Shown one piece after another: positions 19,884 through 29,753 of a stretch of DNA of 63,411 nucleotides. This DNA is from Candidatus Omnitrophota bacterium (GTDB taxonomy: Bacteria; Omnitrophota; Omnitrophia; Omnitrophales; Aquincolibacteriaceae), in assembly GCA_022709525.1 (NCBI GenBank), contig JAKLIQ010000012.1:1-63411 (forward strand). The letters run 5' to 3'. Under the pieces are notes generated by a model. That model did no database searches, had not been told where the DNA came from, and saw nothing but the letters and a program-made list of their open reading frames with translations. Every line of letters begins with the position of its first letter. Position 1 is the first letter of the stretch. The translations under genes were made by a program, and so were the position numbers.

Positions 19884-20906
19884 ATGGATGAGAAAGACCG
19901 GCTTCTTTTAACTTGTCTCCAGAGCGGGCTTCCTTTGGTCTCAAAGCCCTTTGAAGTTTGGGCTTCCAAAGTCGGCGTGGACAGCGCCGACCTTCTTGTG
20001 CGTATCCAGCGGCTTAAAAAGGAAGGGGCTTTAAGCGGGGTCAGGGCCATTTTTGATCCCACCGCGCTCCATTATCAAAGCGCTTGGGTCGCGATGAAAG
20101 GCTCCGCCGAGGAAGCCGAGCCGGTTTGGCGCCATCCGGGAGTGATCTACGGTTGTGAACGCGGGCATGAGTTCAACATCTGGTTTTTTATCGCCGCGCC
20201 GGAAACTCATGATCTGGAACTGCATGTCCGTTGCTTGGAAAAACTCGCCGCTCCGGCGCAGGCTTTATTCCTGCCCGTGCGGAGGATATTCAAAGGTTCC
20301 GACCTATTAAGCTCGCTTGGAACGGGGGCTTTTTGGGAAATGGCCGAAAGTTTTCAAAAACGGAGATCGGCGAAGAAAAATAGTATCACGGAAGAAGAGG
20401 CCCGCATGATACGGCGACTGCAGGAACCGTTCCCGTTCACGGACGAACCTTTCCGGAAGATCGCCGCGGATCTCGGCATTCCGGAAACGCAAGCCATGGA
20501 ACAATTGCGCGCTCTTCTCGGGAAAGGGTGTCTTAAGCGGATCGGGGGATTTTTGAAGCCGAGCACGGCCGCTTCAGCCCCGAGATCGCTTGTGGTCTGG
20601 AGGATCCCGGAAGAAAAACTGCAACGGATCGGCCCCGAGATCGAAAGGTCCGAAGAAGTGCTTTACGCGGATTGCCGGCCGTCGTTCCCCGAACTTCCTT
20701 TTTCGCTTTATACGATGATCCGCGCGGAAAACGCGGAGGCCTTGGAAAATACGGTTCGGAAGCTGAAAGAACAGATCGGTCAATGGCCGCATCAGGTTTT
20801 AGGAACGATCCGTGAATTTAAAAAAGAACCGATGAGATATTTTCCGAAGGAATTAGACGCGTGGTGGCAGGAGAACCGCCAAGCCGCTGAGACAGCATTT
20901 CAGTAA
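19884..20906 (+). CDS. fused tandem AsnC/Lrp-like protein of the siroheme decarboxylase family (NirDL / AhbA-AhbB-like)
   Basis: Two repeats each start with an HTH (DRLLLTCLQSGLPLVSKPF; MIRRLQEPFPFTDEPF) followed by a ...HPGVIYGCERGHEFNIWFFIA-type core. Confidence 0.55.
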   Translation: MDEKDRLLLTCLQSGLPLVSKPFEVWASKVGVDSADLLVRIQRLKKEGALSGVRAIFDPTALHYQSAWVAMKGSAEEAEPVWRHPGVIYGCERGHEFNIWFFIAAPETHDLELHVRCLEKLAAPAQALFLPVRRIFKGSDLLSSLGTGAFWEMAESFQKRRSAKKNSITEEEARMIRRLQEPFPFTDEPFRKIAADLGIPETQAMEQLRALLGKGCLKRIGGFLKPSTAASAPRSLVVWRIPEEKLQRIGPEIERSEEVLYADCRPSFPELPFSLYTMIRAENAEALENTVRKLKEQIGQWPHQVLGTIREFKKEPMRYFPKELDAWWQENRQAAETAFQ

Positions 20907-20950
20907 AGTAGTATGCAGCGAGTAGTATGTGGTATGTAGTTGCTACCTAC
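20907..20950. repeat. heptad-periodic intergenic element, flavour A (one-armed copy)
   Basis: gtagtat gcagcga gtagtat gtggtat gtagttg (20908-20942), then ctacctac. Confidence 0.7.
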
Positions 20951-20976
20951 GATTTAAATTATTTTGAAAGGCATAG

Positions 20977-22338
20977 ATGGTATTCAGAGATAGCTGGATA
21001 GAAAAAAGGAAAAGCGACGCCAACCGTTCGCAGATGCATTATGCCCGCCGGGGGATCGTGACGGAAGAAATGTGTTATGTAGCGAAGGAGGAGCGGCTTG
21101 CGCCCGAATTGATCCGGGAGGAGGTCGCGGCCGGACGGCTTGTGATCTGCGCGAACGTGAACCACCGCGATCTCCGGCCGATCGGGATCGGGATCAACGT
21201 CCGCTGCAAGATCAACGCCAATCTCGGCAATTCCGCGCTTGGGTCGGATATTGAACATGAATTAGAAAAAGTCAATCTCGCCATCCGGTTCGGCGCCGAT
21301 ACCGTGATGGACCTTTCAACCGGAAAACAGCTGGATGAAACGCGTGAGGCGATCATTCGCGCGTCTTCGGTGCCGGTCGGGACAGTTCCCATTTATGAAG
21401 CGCTTGAGCGCGTTCACGGGAAACCGGAGGACCTGACGCCCGAGATCATGTTCGAAGTGATCGAACATCAGGCTAAGCAAGGCGTGGATTTCATGACGAT
21501 CCACGCGGGGGTTCTGCTGGAGCATTTGCCGTTCGTCACAAACCGCGTGACCGGTATTGTCAGCCGCGGCGGGGCGATCCTCGCGCGTTGGTGCAAAGCG
21601 CATCAAGAGCAGAATTTTCTTTTCACGCATTTCGACCGCTTGCTTGAGATCTGTAAAAAATATGATGTCACGATCAGCTTGGGTGACGGGATGAGGCCGG
21701 GCTGTCTTGCGGACGCGAGCGACAAGGCGCAATTTGCCGAACTGGACGCGCTCGGCCAGTTGACGCTTCGCGCTTGGGAGCAGGATGTGCAGGTCATGGT
21801 GGAAGGTCCGGGCCATGTGCCGATGGACCAGATCCCCATGAATATCGAGCGTCAGATCAAAGTCTGCCACGGCGCGCCTTTTTATGTGCTCGGGCCGCTT
21901 GTGACCGATATTGCGCCGGGCTATGACCATATCACTTCTGCGATCGGCGCCGCCATCGCGGCACAGGCGGGCGCGGCCATGCTTTGTTATGTCACGCCCT
22001 GCGAGCATCTCCGGCTTCCCAACCTTGATGATGTGAAACAGGGCGTGATCGCCTATAAAATCGCGGCCCACGCGGCGGATATCGCCCGTCACCGGCCCGG
22101 CGCGCGGGAACGCGACGACGCGCTCGCGCAGGCACGCTTTGCCTTTGATTGGGAAAAACAGTACGCCTTATCGCTTGATCCCGAGAACGCGAAAAAAATG
22201 CATGATGAAGCGCTTCCGGAGGGTAAGGCGCGCCATGGGGATTACTGTTCGATGTGCGGCGAGGGGTTCTGCGCCATGAACCTTTCGCAATGCTTGACCA
22301 AGTCCGGAAAGAAAAAAGAGGCGTTGAATCAAAAATGA
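20977..22338 (+). CDS. thiC: phosphomethylpyrimidine synthase
   Basis: 453 aa; ...[10 protein letters not shown]...[11 protein letters not shown]...VPIYEA...C-terminal CSMCGEGFC motif. Confidence 0.9.
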   Translation: MVFRDSWIEKRKSDANRSQMHYARRGIVTEEMCYVAKEERLAPELIREEVAAGRLVICANVNHRDLRPIGIGINVRCKINANLGNSALGSDIEHELEKVNLAIRFGADTVMDLSTGKQLDETREAIIRASSVPVGTVPIYEALERVHGKPEDLTPEIMFEVIEHQAKQGVDFMTIHAGVLLEHLPFVTNRVTGIVSRGGAILARWCKAHQEQNFLFTHFDRLLEICKKYDVTISLGDGMRPGCLADASDKAQFAELDALGQLTLRAWEQDVQVMVEGPGHVPMDQIPMNIERQIKVCHGAPFYVLGPLVTDIAPGYDHITSAIGAAIAAQAGAAMLCYVTPCEHLRLPNLDDVKQGVIAYKIAAHAADIARHRPGARERDDALAQARFAFDWEKQYALSLDPENAKKMHDEALPEGKARHGDYCSMCGEGFCAMNLSQCLTKSGKKKEALNQK

Positions 22339-23399
22339 AAAAAGCTAACGCGATCCAAAGAAAAAAGACGCGAGCCGTTAAAGTCGGGAAGCTCATTCTC
22401 GGTGACGGGCAGCCCATCCGCATCCAATCCATGACAAAAGTCCCCACGCGCGATGTCAAGGCCACCGTGGAGCAGATCGCGCGCCTTACGGATGCCGGCT
22501 GCGAGATCGTGCGCGTCGCATGTCCTAACGAAGAAGATGTTCAAGCGCTCGGGAAGATCAAATCCAAGATCACGATCCCGCTTGTGGCGGATATCCATTT
22601 CAATTACCGGTTCGCGTTGATGGCGATCGATGAGGGCGTGGATAAATTGCGCTTGAATCCGGGGAATATCGGCGATAAGGACCGCATAGCCGAAGTGGTC
22701 GAAAAAGCGAAACGCCATCACATTCCGATCCGGATCGGCGTGAACTCGGGATCGCTTGAAAAAGACCTGATGGAAAAATTCGGGGCCACGCCCGAAGCGC
22801 TTGTCGAAAGCGTGCGCCGGCACGTGGCGATCCTGGAAGGGCTGGATTTCTGCGATATCGTGATCTCGCTTAAGACCACCGATGTTCCTGCCATGATCGC
22901 GGCTTACCGTTTGGCGAGTCAGAAATTTGATTATCCTTTGCATCTTGGCGTGACGGAGGCCGGCACGCTTTTGCGCGGCAGTGTTTATAACGCGATCGGC
23001 GTCGGGACACTTCTTCAGGAGGGGATCGGCGATACGATCCGCGTATCGCTTACAGCGGATCCGGTTGAAGAAGTCAAAGTGGCCAAGATGATCCTGGAAT
23101 CGCTCGATCTCCGTCAGGGCGTGCGCGTGATCTCATGCCCGACCTGCGGGCGCTCCGAGATCGATACCGCAAAACTTGCTTTGGAGGTCGAAGCGCGGGC
23201 CGTAAATTTGAAAGGGCCGTTAACGATCGCCGTGATGGGGTGCGTGGTGAACGGCCCCGGGGAAGCGCAAGGCGCCGATTTCGCGATCACGGGCGGCCAG
23301 AAAAAAGGCATGATCTATGTGGCCGGAAAACAGGTGCGCGTGGTCGATGAAAAACATCTTGTCGACGAACTCTTTAAAGAAATCCATAAAAGACAATAG
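22335..23399 (+). CDS. ispG: 4-hydroxy-3-methylbut-2-enyl-diphosphate synthase
   Basis: [35 protein letters not shown]...VSCPTCGR; its ATG overlaps the thiC stop (ATGA). Confidence 0.9.
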   Translation: MKKANAIQRKKTRAVKVGKLILGDGQPIRIQSMTKVPTRDVKATVEQIARLTDAGCEIVRVACPNEEDVQALGKIKSKITIPLVADIHFNYRFALMAIDEGVDKLRLNPGNIGDKDRIAEVVEKAKRHHIPIRIGVNSGSLEKDLMEKFGATPEALVESVRRHVAILEGLDFCDIVISLKTTDVPAMIAAYRLASQKFDYPLHLGVTEAGTLLRGSVYNAIGVGTLLQEGIGDTIRVSLTADPVEEVKVAKMILESLDLRQGVRVISCPTCGRSEIDTAKLALEVEARAVNLKGPLTIAVMGCVVNGPGEAQGADFAITGGQKKGMIYVAGKQVRVVDEKHLVDELFKEIHKRQ

Positions 23400-23447
23400 A
23401 CCACAGACTAGAGACTTTAAGAGGTCACTGGTCTCTAGTCTCAGGTC
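23397..23447. repeat. heptad-periodic hairpin element, flavour B
   Basis: gaccaca gactaga gacttta | agaggtc actggtc tctagtc tcaggtc; arms 23399-23415 and 23431-23447 are complementary at 15/17. Confidence 0.7.
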
Positions 23448-23469
23448 CTTCCAAAGAAGAAAAATTTAG

Positions 23470-24582
23470 ATGGATCCCCTTCCAAATATCCAACTCAAAC
23501 TAAAAGCAGGGCAGCGGCTCTCAAAGGAGGACGGTCTCCGTCTTTTTCAAAGTTTCGATATTCTCGCGATCGGTGCCATGGCCCAGATCGTTCGCGAAAG
23601 AATGCACGGCCGCCGCGCCTTTTATACCGTTAATCTTCATCTCAACCCCACCAATATTTGCTCGACTCGCTGCGAGTTCTGCGCTTTTTCCCGTGATGCC
23701 GGTGATCCGGACGCCTACGCGCTTTCACTTGATGAAATAGAAGAAAAAGTCCGCGACGCGGTTCATGATCAAAAAATTCGCGAAGTCCATATCGTGGGTG
23801 GTCACAATCCGGCGCTTGGGCTTGATCACTATACGGCGATGATCGAGCGGATACGCGGGATCGACAGGAATCTCTTTATCAAAGCTTTCAGCGCGACGGA
23901 GGTTGATGATCTGGCGAAGCGTTCGGGTCTTTCTTGGATCGAGGTCCTGCGCCGTCTCAAGGAGGCGGGATTGGACAGCATGCCGGGCGGCGGGGCGGAG
24001 ATCTTTGACCCTGCGGTACGCGCTAAAATTTGCCCCAAGAAAATATCGGGTGAAACATGGCTTGCGATCCACAGGGCCGCGCACGGCCTGGGCCTTAAAA
24101 CGAACGCAACGATGCTTTACGGTCACATCGAAACGGACGAGCAGCGCGTGGCTCACCTGCTGAAACTCCGCGAACTTCAGGATGAAACGCGCGGGTTTTC
24201 CGCTTTTGTGCCGCTGCCTTATCATGATCAGAACAACGCGTTAAAAAAAACAGGCGGGACAAACGGTTTTCTCGACCTGAAAATACTTTCCATTTCGCGG
24301 CTTCTTTTGGATAATATCCCTCATATCAAGGCCTATGGGGCCGCAGCTGATCTGAAGTTTCTCCAGGCGGCGCTTTCTTTTGGGGCGGATGATATCAGCG
24401 GAACGAATTATCAGGAGCGGGTGTTGCATGAGGCAGGGAGTTGCGCGCCGGCCGGGTTAAGTTCCGGCGACCTTGTCCGATGTATCAAGGGCGCAGGGTT
24501 TGAGCCGTACGAAACAGACAGTTCTTATAGGATCGATCAAAGCGAGAGGGTGGAAGTTATATGTCCGGAAAAGTCATTTTGA
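23470..24582 (+). CDS. radical SAM enzyme of the MqnE/MqnC (futalosine menaquinone pathway) / CofH-like family
   Basis: NLHLNPTNICSTRCEFCAF cluster motif and an overall layout typical of aminofutalosine synthase-type enzymes. Confidence 0.6.
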   Translation: MDPLPNIQLKLKAGQRLSKEDGLRLFQSFDILAIGAMAQIVRERMHGRRAFYTVNLHLNPTNICSTRCEFCAFSRDAGDPDAYALSLDEIEEKVRDAVHDQKIREVHIVGGHNPALGLDHYTAMIERIRGIDRNLFIKAFSATEVDDLAKRSGLSWIEVLRRLKEAGLDSMPGGGAEIFDPAVRAKICPKKISGETWLAIHRAAHGLGLKTNATMLYGHIETDEQRVAHLLKLRELQDETRGFSAFVPLPYHDQNNALKKTGGTNGFLDLKILSISRLLLDNIPHIKAYGAAADLKFLQAALSFGADDISGTNYQERVLHEAGSCAPAGLSSGDLVRCIKGAGFEPYETDSSYRIDQSERVEVICPEKSF

Positions 24583-25037
24583 CGCAAAAAGGCTACGATA
24601 AACTTTTTGAGGAACTGAATTTCCTTAAGACCAAAAAACGCCGCGAAGTGGCGGACCAGCTCGAAAAGGCCCGCGCGCACGGCGATCTCAGTGAAAATGC
24701 CGACTACGAAACCGCCAAGGAGACCAAACATCAACTGGAGATCCGTATCGCCGAATTGGAACATAAGCTCTCCGGCGCGCGTATTCTCGAGAAAGGGGAC
24801 ATTGCCCAGGATAAGGTTTATTTGACCGCTAAGGTCAAAGTGAAGAATCTCGATAGCGGTGATGTGTTCGATTACACGCTCGTGGCCCAGGATGAGGCGA
24901 ATTTCGACGAAGGAAAGATCTCGGTCACCTCGCCGATCGGCCGCGGGCTTTTAGGGAAAGCATTGAACGAAGAGGCCGTCATTCAAGTCCCGGCAGGCAA
25001 GATCAAACTTAAAATTATGGAGATCTCTTATGAATAA
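24561..25037 (+). CDS. greA: transcription elongation factor GreA
   Basis: LTQKGYDKLFEELNFLK...AHGDLSENADYETAKE...SPIGRGLLGK. Confidence 0.9.
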   Translation: MSGKVILTQKGYDKLFEELNFLKTKKRREVADQLEKARAHGDLSENADYETAKETKHQLEIRIAELEHKLSGARILEKGDIAQDKVYLTAKVKVKNLDSGDVFDYTLVAQDEANFDEGKISVTSPIGRGLLGKALNEEAVIQVPAGKIKLKIMEISYE

Positions 25038-25845
25038 AACACTCACGTTCTTTACCGCCCCCATCACCGCTCTTTTTTATCCCCCCGTTTACCGGGACGC
25101 CGCCAAAAGCTCCGCCGGGCGAGGAGTGCTTTATCTGCTTTATTTAGCAGGACTTTCGGCGGTTTTCGTTATGATGGCTCTCTCGGCAAAGGTCATGCCG
25201 CAGGTTGATGCTTTTGCTGATTGGGCTGGAAAAAATATGCCGGTTCTTGTTTGGACACCGGATGGTTTGGTCATGGAAAACGGTCAAACCACAGCGGCAT
25301 TGACGCATCCCAAATACGGCACGATCGCCCTTTTTGATATAAACAAAACCAATATCGTGCCCGCCGATATGCAAAACGCATATGTTTTTATAACAGCGAA
25401 GAAGGTTTTCTATAAAAGCGGGCCCGGCCAGATCGAAACAAGAGATATCACAGGTCCTAACGTTGCTCCGGGACAACAGTTGCCGCCGCGCGTCCGTTTT
25501 ACGGGAGATGTAATCGGTAAAATGTACCAGAACATCAAAAAGGCGATGGGGCTCATAGTTCCCATCATGGTTCTTTTTTTCTCCTTTATCCTTTTTCTGA
25601 TGATCAATCTTTTCTATTCTTTGGCGGGGCTTTTATTCAATCTTATGCGGGTTGAAAAGCTCGGTTACGGGGCCATTTTTAATTTGACCTGTTTTGCAAC
25701 GACCGGAGCTTTTACGCTTGCATGGGTCCGGCTTCTGATCCCGGTCAGAGGATTGCACGGAATGTTCGCCTTGGGCGTATTGATCAATCTAGGGTTGATG
25801 TTCTTTGCTTTCAGAGTGACGGATAAAAAGCCCGCGCAGGCCTAA
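25030..25845 (+). CDS. polytopic membrane protein, DUF1189-like
   Basis: 271 aa; N-terminal PPVYRDAAKSSAGRGVLYLLYL and C-terminal TM bundle; family assignment from memory only. Confidence 0.4.
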   Translation: MNKTLTFFTAPITALFYPPVYRDAAKSSAGRGVLYLLYLAGLSAVFVMMALSAKVMPQVDAFADWAGKNMPVLVWTPDGLVMENGQTTAALTHPKYGTIALFDINKTNIVPADMQNAYVFITAKKVFYKSGPGQIETRDITGPNVAPGQQLPPRVRFTGDVIGKMYQNIKKAMGLIVPIMVLFFSFILFLMINLFYSLAGLLFNLMRVEKLGYGAIFNLTCFATTGAFTLAWVRLLIPVRGLHGMFALGVLINLGLMFFAFRVTDKKPAQA

Positions 25846-25868
25846 AAGCTTTAGAGACAGGATTCGCT

Positions 25869-25911
25869 CGAGCACCGCATTCCTTTAATTCCCAATGTTA
25901 TGCGGTGCTCG
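25869..25911. terminator. 12-bp perfect stem-loop between convergent genes
   Basis: cgagcaccgcat, 19-nt loop, atgcggtgctcg; no U-tract. Confidence 0.45.
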
Positions 25912-25916
25912 CACTG

Positions 25917-26822
25917 TTAATCGCTAAAAGTAAATGGAGAACAGTGCGAGAGGGACGCGGGGAGTTTTTCCCTGCGTCTTGTTTCAAAGTAGGAAATAAG
26001 CGAGCCGCTCCCCACGATCAAGAAAATCCCGGCCGCGATCGTCCATGTGATCGCATCTCCCCAAAGCAGCCACCCATACCCGAACGAAAGCACCGGGTGC
26101 AGATAGGAAAAAGGCGTGACCAGATAGGCGGGAGCCCGTCGCAAGGCCGTCGTCATCCAGACCTGTCCGTAGAATGAAAAAATAACGACCCCGGCGATAA
26201 GTCCCCACGTTCCAAGATCCGGCCACTTCCAGTCTTTCAAAAAGAAAAGCGAACCCACGGTCGAGATCATCGTGAAATAAAAAACCACCGTGTAAGGCGA
26301 TTCGCGGTGGCGGATCGTGCGGATCGAAAGATAAGCGAATGCCGCAAAGACCGAAGATAGCAGCGCCAGCCATACGGCCGGATCCCATGCCATCCCGGGC
26401 CCCGTGTTAAGAAGGACCACGCCCGCGAAAGACAGAAGGATCAAAAAGCAAAGCGAAATGCTCGGCCGTTCTTTTAAAAAAAAGACCGAAAAAACAACGG
26501 TAAAGATCGGCGCCGTGTAATTGAGCATGATCGCCATGCCAAGCTCGAGTTTGGTAATTGTATAGAAATGAAGGATCAAAGCGCCGAAACCGCTGACGCC
26601 GCGCGCCGTAAGCTTCAAGCGTTCCTCCCCCCAAAGGGAAAGCTTTTTGCGCAAGATCACGGGAAGCACTAGGAGCATCCCGAAAAAACTCCGGAAAAAA
26701 ACGATCTGGAAAGGGGAGACCGAATCGCTGGCGTACTTCACGCAGAGCGCCATAAGCGAAAAGCAGACGGCGCTTTGGGACATGAGCCAGATACCGGAGA
26801 GGTAAAGCCTGGAGCGTTTCAT
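25917..26822 (-). CDS. EamA/DMT-family transporter
   Basis: 10-TM pattern with two EamA repeats; start taken at MKRSRLY (26822) because the upstream part of the ORF is the heptad repeat. Confidence 0.75.
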   Translation of the reverse strand: MKRSRLYLSGIWLMSQSAVCFSLMALCVKYASDSVSPFQIVFFRSFFGMLLVLPVILRKKLSLWGEERLKLTARGVSGFGALILHFYTITKLELGMAIMLNYTAPIFTVVFSVFFLKERPSISLCFLILLSFAGVVLLNTGPGMAWDPAVWLALLSSVFAAFAYLSIRTIRHRESPYTVVFYFTMISTVGSLFFLKDWKWPDLGTWGLIAGVVIFSFYGQVWMTTALRRAPAYLVTPFSYLHPVLSFGYGWLLWGDAITWTIAAGIFLIVGSGSLISYFETRRREKLPASLSHCSPFTFSD

Positions 26823-26826
26823 TGCG

Positions 26827-26933
26827 AGAGACCACAGACCACAGACCACAGACCGCAGACTTCAAAAAATAAAAATATCCAGAAGCCTTTTTTGTTTTGA
26901 GTCTCTGGTCTCAAGTCTCAGGTCTCTAGTCTT
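26827..26933. repeat. heptad-periodic hairpin element, flavour B (largest copy)
   Basis: gaccaca x3, gaccgca, gacttca (26830-26864); partner gagtctc tggtctc aagtctc aggtctc tagtctt (26899-26933). Confidence 0.75.
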
Positions 26934-27970
26934 TAAGGTTTTAAGATGATCTTGCCGAAATTCTCGCGCGCGGCCATACGGTTTAGGGCCTGCCGCGCTT
27001 CACGGAGCGGGAAGATCCGGTCGATCACGGGTTTTAGGCGCCCGTCCTGGATGCGGCGAACGATCCTCTGGAGCTCGGCAATGCCGCCCATATAAGAACC
27101 CATAATGGAAAGCTGGCGGGTGTAAAGATAACGCAGGTCGAAGCTGACGTTGCGGCCCGCTGTGGCGCCGCAAGTGATCATCCGTCCTTTTTTCTTAAGA
27201 CAAAGAACGCTCTTCGCGAAAATATCCCCGCCGATATGCTCAAAAAGGACATCCACTCCTTCACTTTTAGTGAGCCGCATGACCTCCGAATAAAAATCTT
27301 TTTGCCGGTACAGGATGACCTCATCCGCGCCGATGGCCTTCGCCCGCTTCGCCTTTTCCTCGCTCCCGACCGTCGTGATCACGCGGGCGCCGAGGAGTTT
27401 TGCGATCTGGATCGCGGCGCTTCCGATACCGCTGCCGCCCCCTTGGATGAGGACGGTCTCCTTTTTTTGAAGACCCGCGCGCGTGACCAAAATATGCCAC
27501 GCCGTAAGGAAAACGAGCGGCACAGCCGCCCAGGATTCCGGGCCGAGCTTACCCGCCACCGGGATGATGTTTCGCGCCGGGACCTTAATGTATTCCGCGT
27601 AGCCACCGTTATTCTGGAATCCCACGATCTCGTATTTCGCGCAAAGACTGTCCCAGCCGGATCTGCAATAAGAACATTTGCCGCAAGAAATGCCGGGCGC
27701 CACGATCACCGGCTTATGGAGCGGCGCACCATGGGCTTTTTTGCCCTTTTCAACCACTTCACCCGCGACGTCGCAGCCCAGGATATGCGGCATACTGATC
27801 TTGACGCCGGGCATGCCCGCCAGAGTCCAAAGGTCCAAATGATTGACCGAACAGGCCTTGACCTTGACTAAGACGTCTTTTTTGCCGATCTCCGGAACCG
27901 GGACGTAAGTCTCCTCAAGCTCCGCCGTGGTGCCGTGTTTCCTGAAAATAACCGCTTTCATTTTTTCCAT
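26933..27970 (-). CDS. zinc-type alcohol dehydrogenase / MDR-family oxidoreductase
   Basis: ILGCDVAGEVV, structural-zinc CGKCSYCRSGWDSLC, Rossmann GGGSGIGS; AAGGA 8 nt before ATG 27970. Confidence 0.8.
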   Translation of the reverse strand: MEKMKAVIFRKHGTTAELEETYVPVPEIGKKDVLVKVKACSVNHLDLWTLAGMPGVKISMPHILGCDVAGEVVEKGKKAHGAPLHKPVIVAPGISCGKCSYCRSGWDSLCAKYEIVGFQNNGGYAEYIKVPARNIIPVAGKLGPESWAAVPLVFLTAWHILVTRAGLQKKETVLIQGGGSGIGSAAIQIAKLLGARVITTVGSEEKAKRAKAIGADEVILYRQKDFYSEVMRLTKSEGVDVLFEHIGGDIFAKSVLCLKKKGRMITCGATAGRNVSFDLRYLYTRQLSIMGSYMGGIAELQRIVRRIQDGRLKPVIDRIFPLREARQALNRMAARENFGKIILKP

Positions 27971-28049
27971 AAAACCATCCTTTGTCGCAGGCGAGGGGAG
28001 TATATCCAAAAGAAGCAGTGCTTACAATATTCTGTTATAATCCAGCGTT

Positions 28050-28718
28050 ATGAAGGAAACGCTTCAGCGAAAAAAGAAAAGAGTCCAGACCATTTACAAA
28101 CGGCTGGCCGATGCGTACCCAGATATCCGTTGCGCGCTTCATTTTAAAACGCCCTGGCAGCTTCTTGTCGCTACGATCCTTTCGGCGCAGTGCACGGACA
28201 AGCTGGTCAATAAGATCACCCCCGCTCTTTTCAAGCGATATTCCGGCATTCGGGCCTTTGCGAGAGCGAAAGTAAGCGATGTCGAGAAGGTCATCCACAG
28301 CGCCGGTTTTTACAGGAATAAAACAAAAAACATCCTGGGCGCCGCCAAAACGGTCCTGGAAAAATTCAATGGGGAAGTGCCTGCGCGCATGGAAGATCTT
28401 GTGACGATCCCGGGGGTCGGACGCAAAACCGCCAATGTGATCCTGGGGAACGCTTTTGGGGTTCCGGGTATCTCGGTGGATACGCACATGATACGGATCA
28501 ACCGCTTGCTCGGCCTTACCCTTCACAAGGATCCTGTTAAGATCGAATTCGATCTTAGAGCGCTTGTTCCAGAAAAAAACTGGACGATGTATTCCCATCT
28601 GATTATCCACCACGGCCGCGTCCGCTGTTTTGCCAGGCGGCCGGATTGCCCCCATTGCGAGATCCGGTGTCAGTGCCCGTCGGCCGGGCAATACGCCGCC
28701 AGGGCATTGAAAGAATAA
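28050..28718 (+). CDS. nth: endonuclease III
   Basis: HhH-GPD (IPGVGRKTANVIL), catalytic region DTH, C-terminal CxxxxxxCxxCxxxxxC Fe-S loop. Confidence 0.9.
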   Translation: MKETLQRKKKRVQTIYKRLADAYPDIRCALHFKTPWQLLVATILSAQCTDKLVNKITPALFKRYSGIRAFARAKVSDVEKVIHSAGFYRNKTKNILGAAKTVLEKFNGEVPARMEDLVTIPGVGRKTANVILGNAFGVPGISVDTHMIRINRLLGLTLHKDPVKIEFDLRALVPEKNWTMYSHLIIHHGRVRCFARRPDCPHCEIRCQCPSAGQYAARALKE

Positions 28719-28812
28719 GTTTAAGGTTTCACATCCGGGATCCGAAGCTTTAGAGGAAGGGTTTCAGGGCTTTTAACGCGCGATTTTCAACCTGATCTCA
28801 GGTCCTGTAAAA

Positions 28813-29184
28813 ATGTTAAAGAAAAAAATTCTTTTTATCGATGATGAAGCGGTCGTGGTGGGGCTGATGAAGACCCGCCTTGAGTCGCGCGGATTCCTGG
28901 CCGAAACCGCGCTGGACGGAGCGAGCGGGATCGAAAAGGCCAAGACATGGCGGCCGGACCTTATTTTGCTTGATATCGCCATGCCCGGAATGGATGGTTA
29001 CGAAACTTGCCGGCGTCTCAAAGCTCTGCCCGAAACAGCTCCCATTCCCGTTGTGCTTTTTACCGCCGTTCAAAGCGAACAGCTCCAGGCTCTTTCCGAA
29101 AAAGCCGGCGCTGTCAAAGTGATCCAAAAGCCGTTCATCGACCAGGTCTTCAAAGCTATCGCTGAGATCCTTGGCCCCGCATAA
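28813..29184 (+). CDS. single-domain response regulator (receiver only)
   Basis: FIDDEAV...DLILLDIAMPGMDG...IQKP. Confidence 0.85.
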   Translation: MLKKKILFIDDEAVVVGLMKTRLESRGFLAETALDGASGIEKAKTWRPDLILLDIAMPGMDGYETCRRLKALPETAPIPVVLFTAVQSEQLQALSEKAGAVKVIQKPFIDQVFKAIAEILGPA

Positions 29185-29291
29185 CCCGGGAAGCCGGCCT
29201 CCCGCCACATAGACAGAACGTTTTATTCGGTGTATAGTAGCCCTCCGTTGAAATCATTTTATCACCCCTCTTTTCCACAAGGAGCCGTTCT

Positions 29292-29621
29292 ATGAGCAAA
29301 GAGAAGATCCTGACCGATGCCAATTTTCAAACCGAGGCCCTTCAATCGCCGTTGCCTATTCTGGTCGACTTTTGGGCCGAATGGTGCGGGCCCTGCCGCA
29401 TGTTGGGCCCGGTGATCGAAAAGATCGCGGCCGCCAACGCGGGACGGATCATCGTCGGAAAAATGAACGTGGATGAAAACCCCAACACGCCTCAAAAATA
29501 CGGCATCCAGGGCATTCCGACGGTTATTTTTTTCAAGAACGGAGAAGTCGTAAAGCAGTTGGTCGGCTACCAGGCGCAAGACAAGATCCAAAAAGCCATC
29601 GACGAACTTTTCCCGAAATAA
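29292..29621 (+). CDS. trxA: thioredoxin
   Basis: WAEWCGPCRM active site; 109 aa. Confidence 0.95.
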   Translation: MSKEKILTDANFQTEALQSPLPILVDFWAEWCGPCRMLGPVIEKIAAANAGRIIVGKMNVDENPNTPQKYGIQGIPTVIFFKNGEVVKQLVGYQAQDKIQKAIDELFPK

Positions 29622-29638
29622 ACATTTCTTTACCTCGT

Positions 29639-29669
29639 CCAAGTCCTTATTTCTCCAAATAGGACTTGG
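29639..29669 (+). terminator. stem-loop after trxA
   Basis: ccaagtcct, 13-nt loop, aggacttgg; weak U-tract. Confidence 0.4.
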
Positions 29670-29753
29670 GCTGTCATGATTATCTGTTGTTTTAATTATG
29701 GAAAATCATGGCACCCTCTCTTGAAAAGCTGGTTTTAGGGCGTCATTCCTTTT

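Noticed and set aside
20881-20976. Possible TPP riboswitch upstream of thiC (a CTGAGA string at about 20887)
   Set aside because: The CTGAGA lies inside the preceding coding region. The 70-nt spacer is filled by the heptad repeat and lacks the ACCTGA/GGG pairing elements of the THI box.
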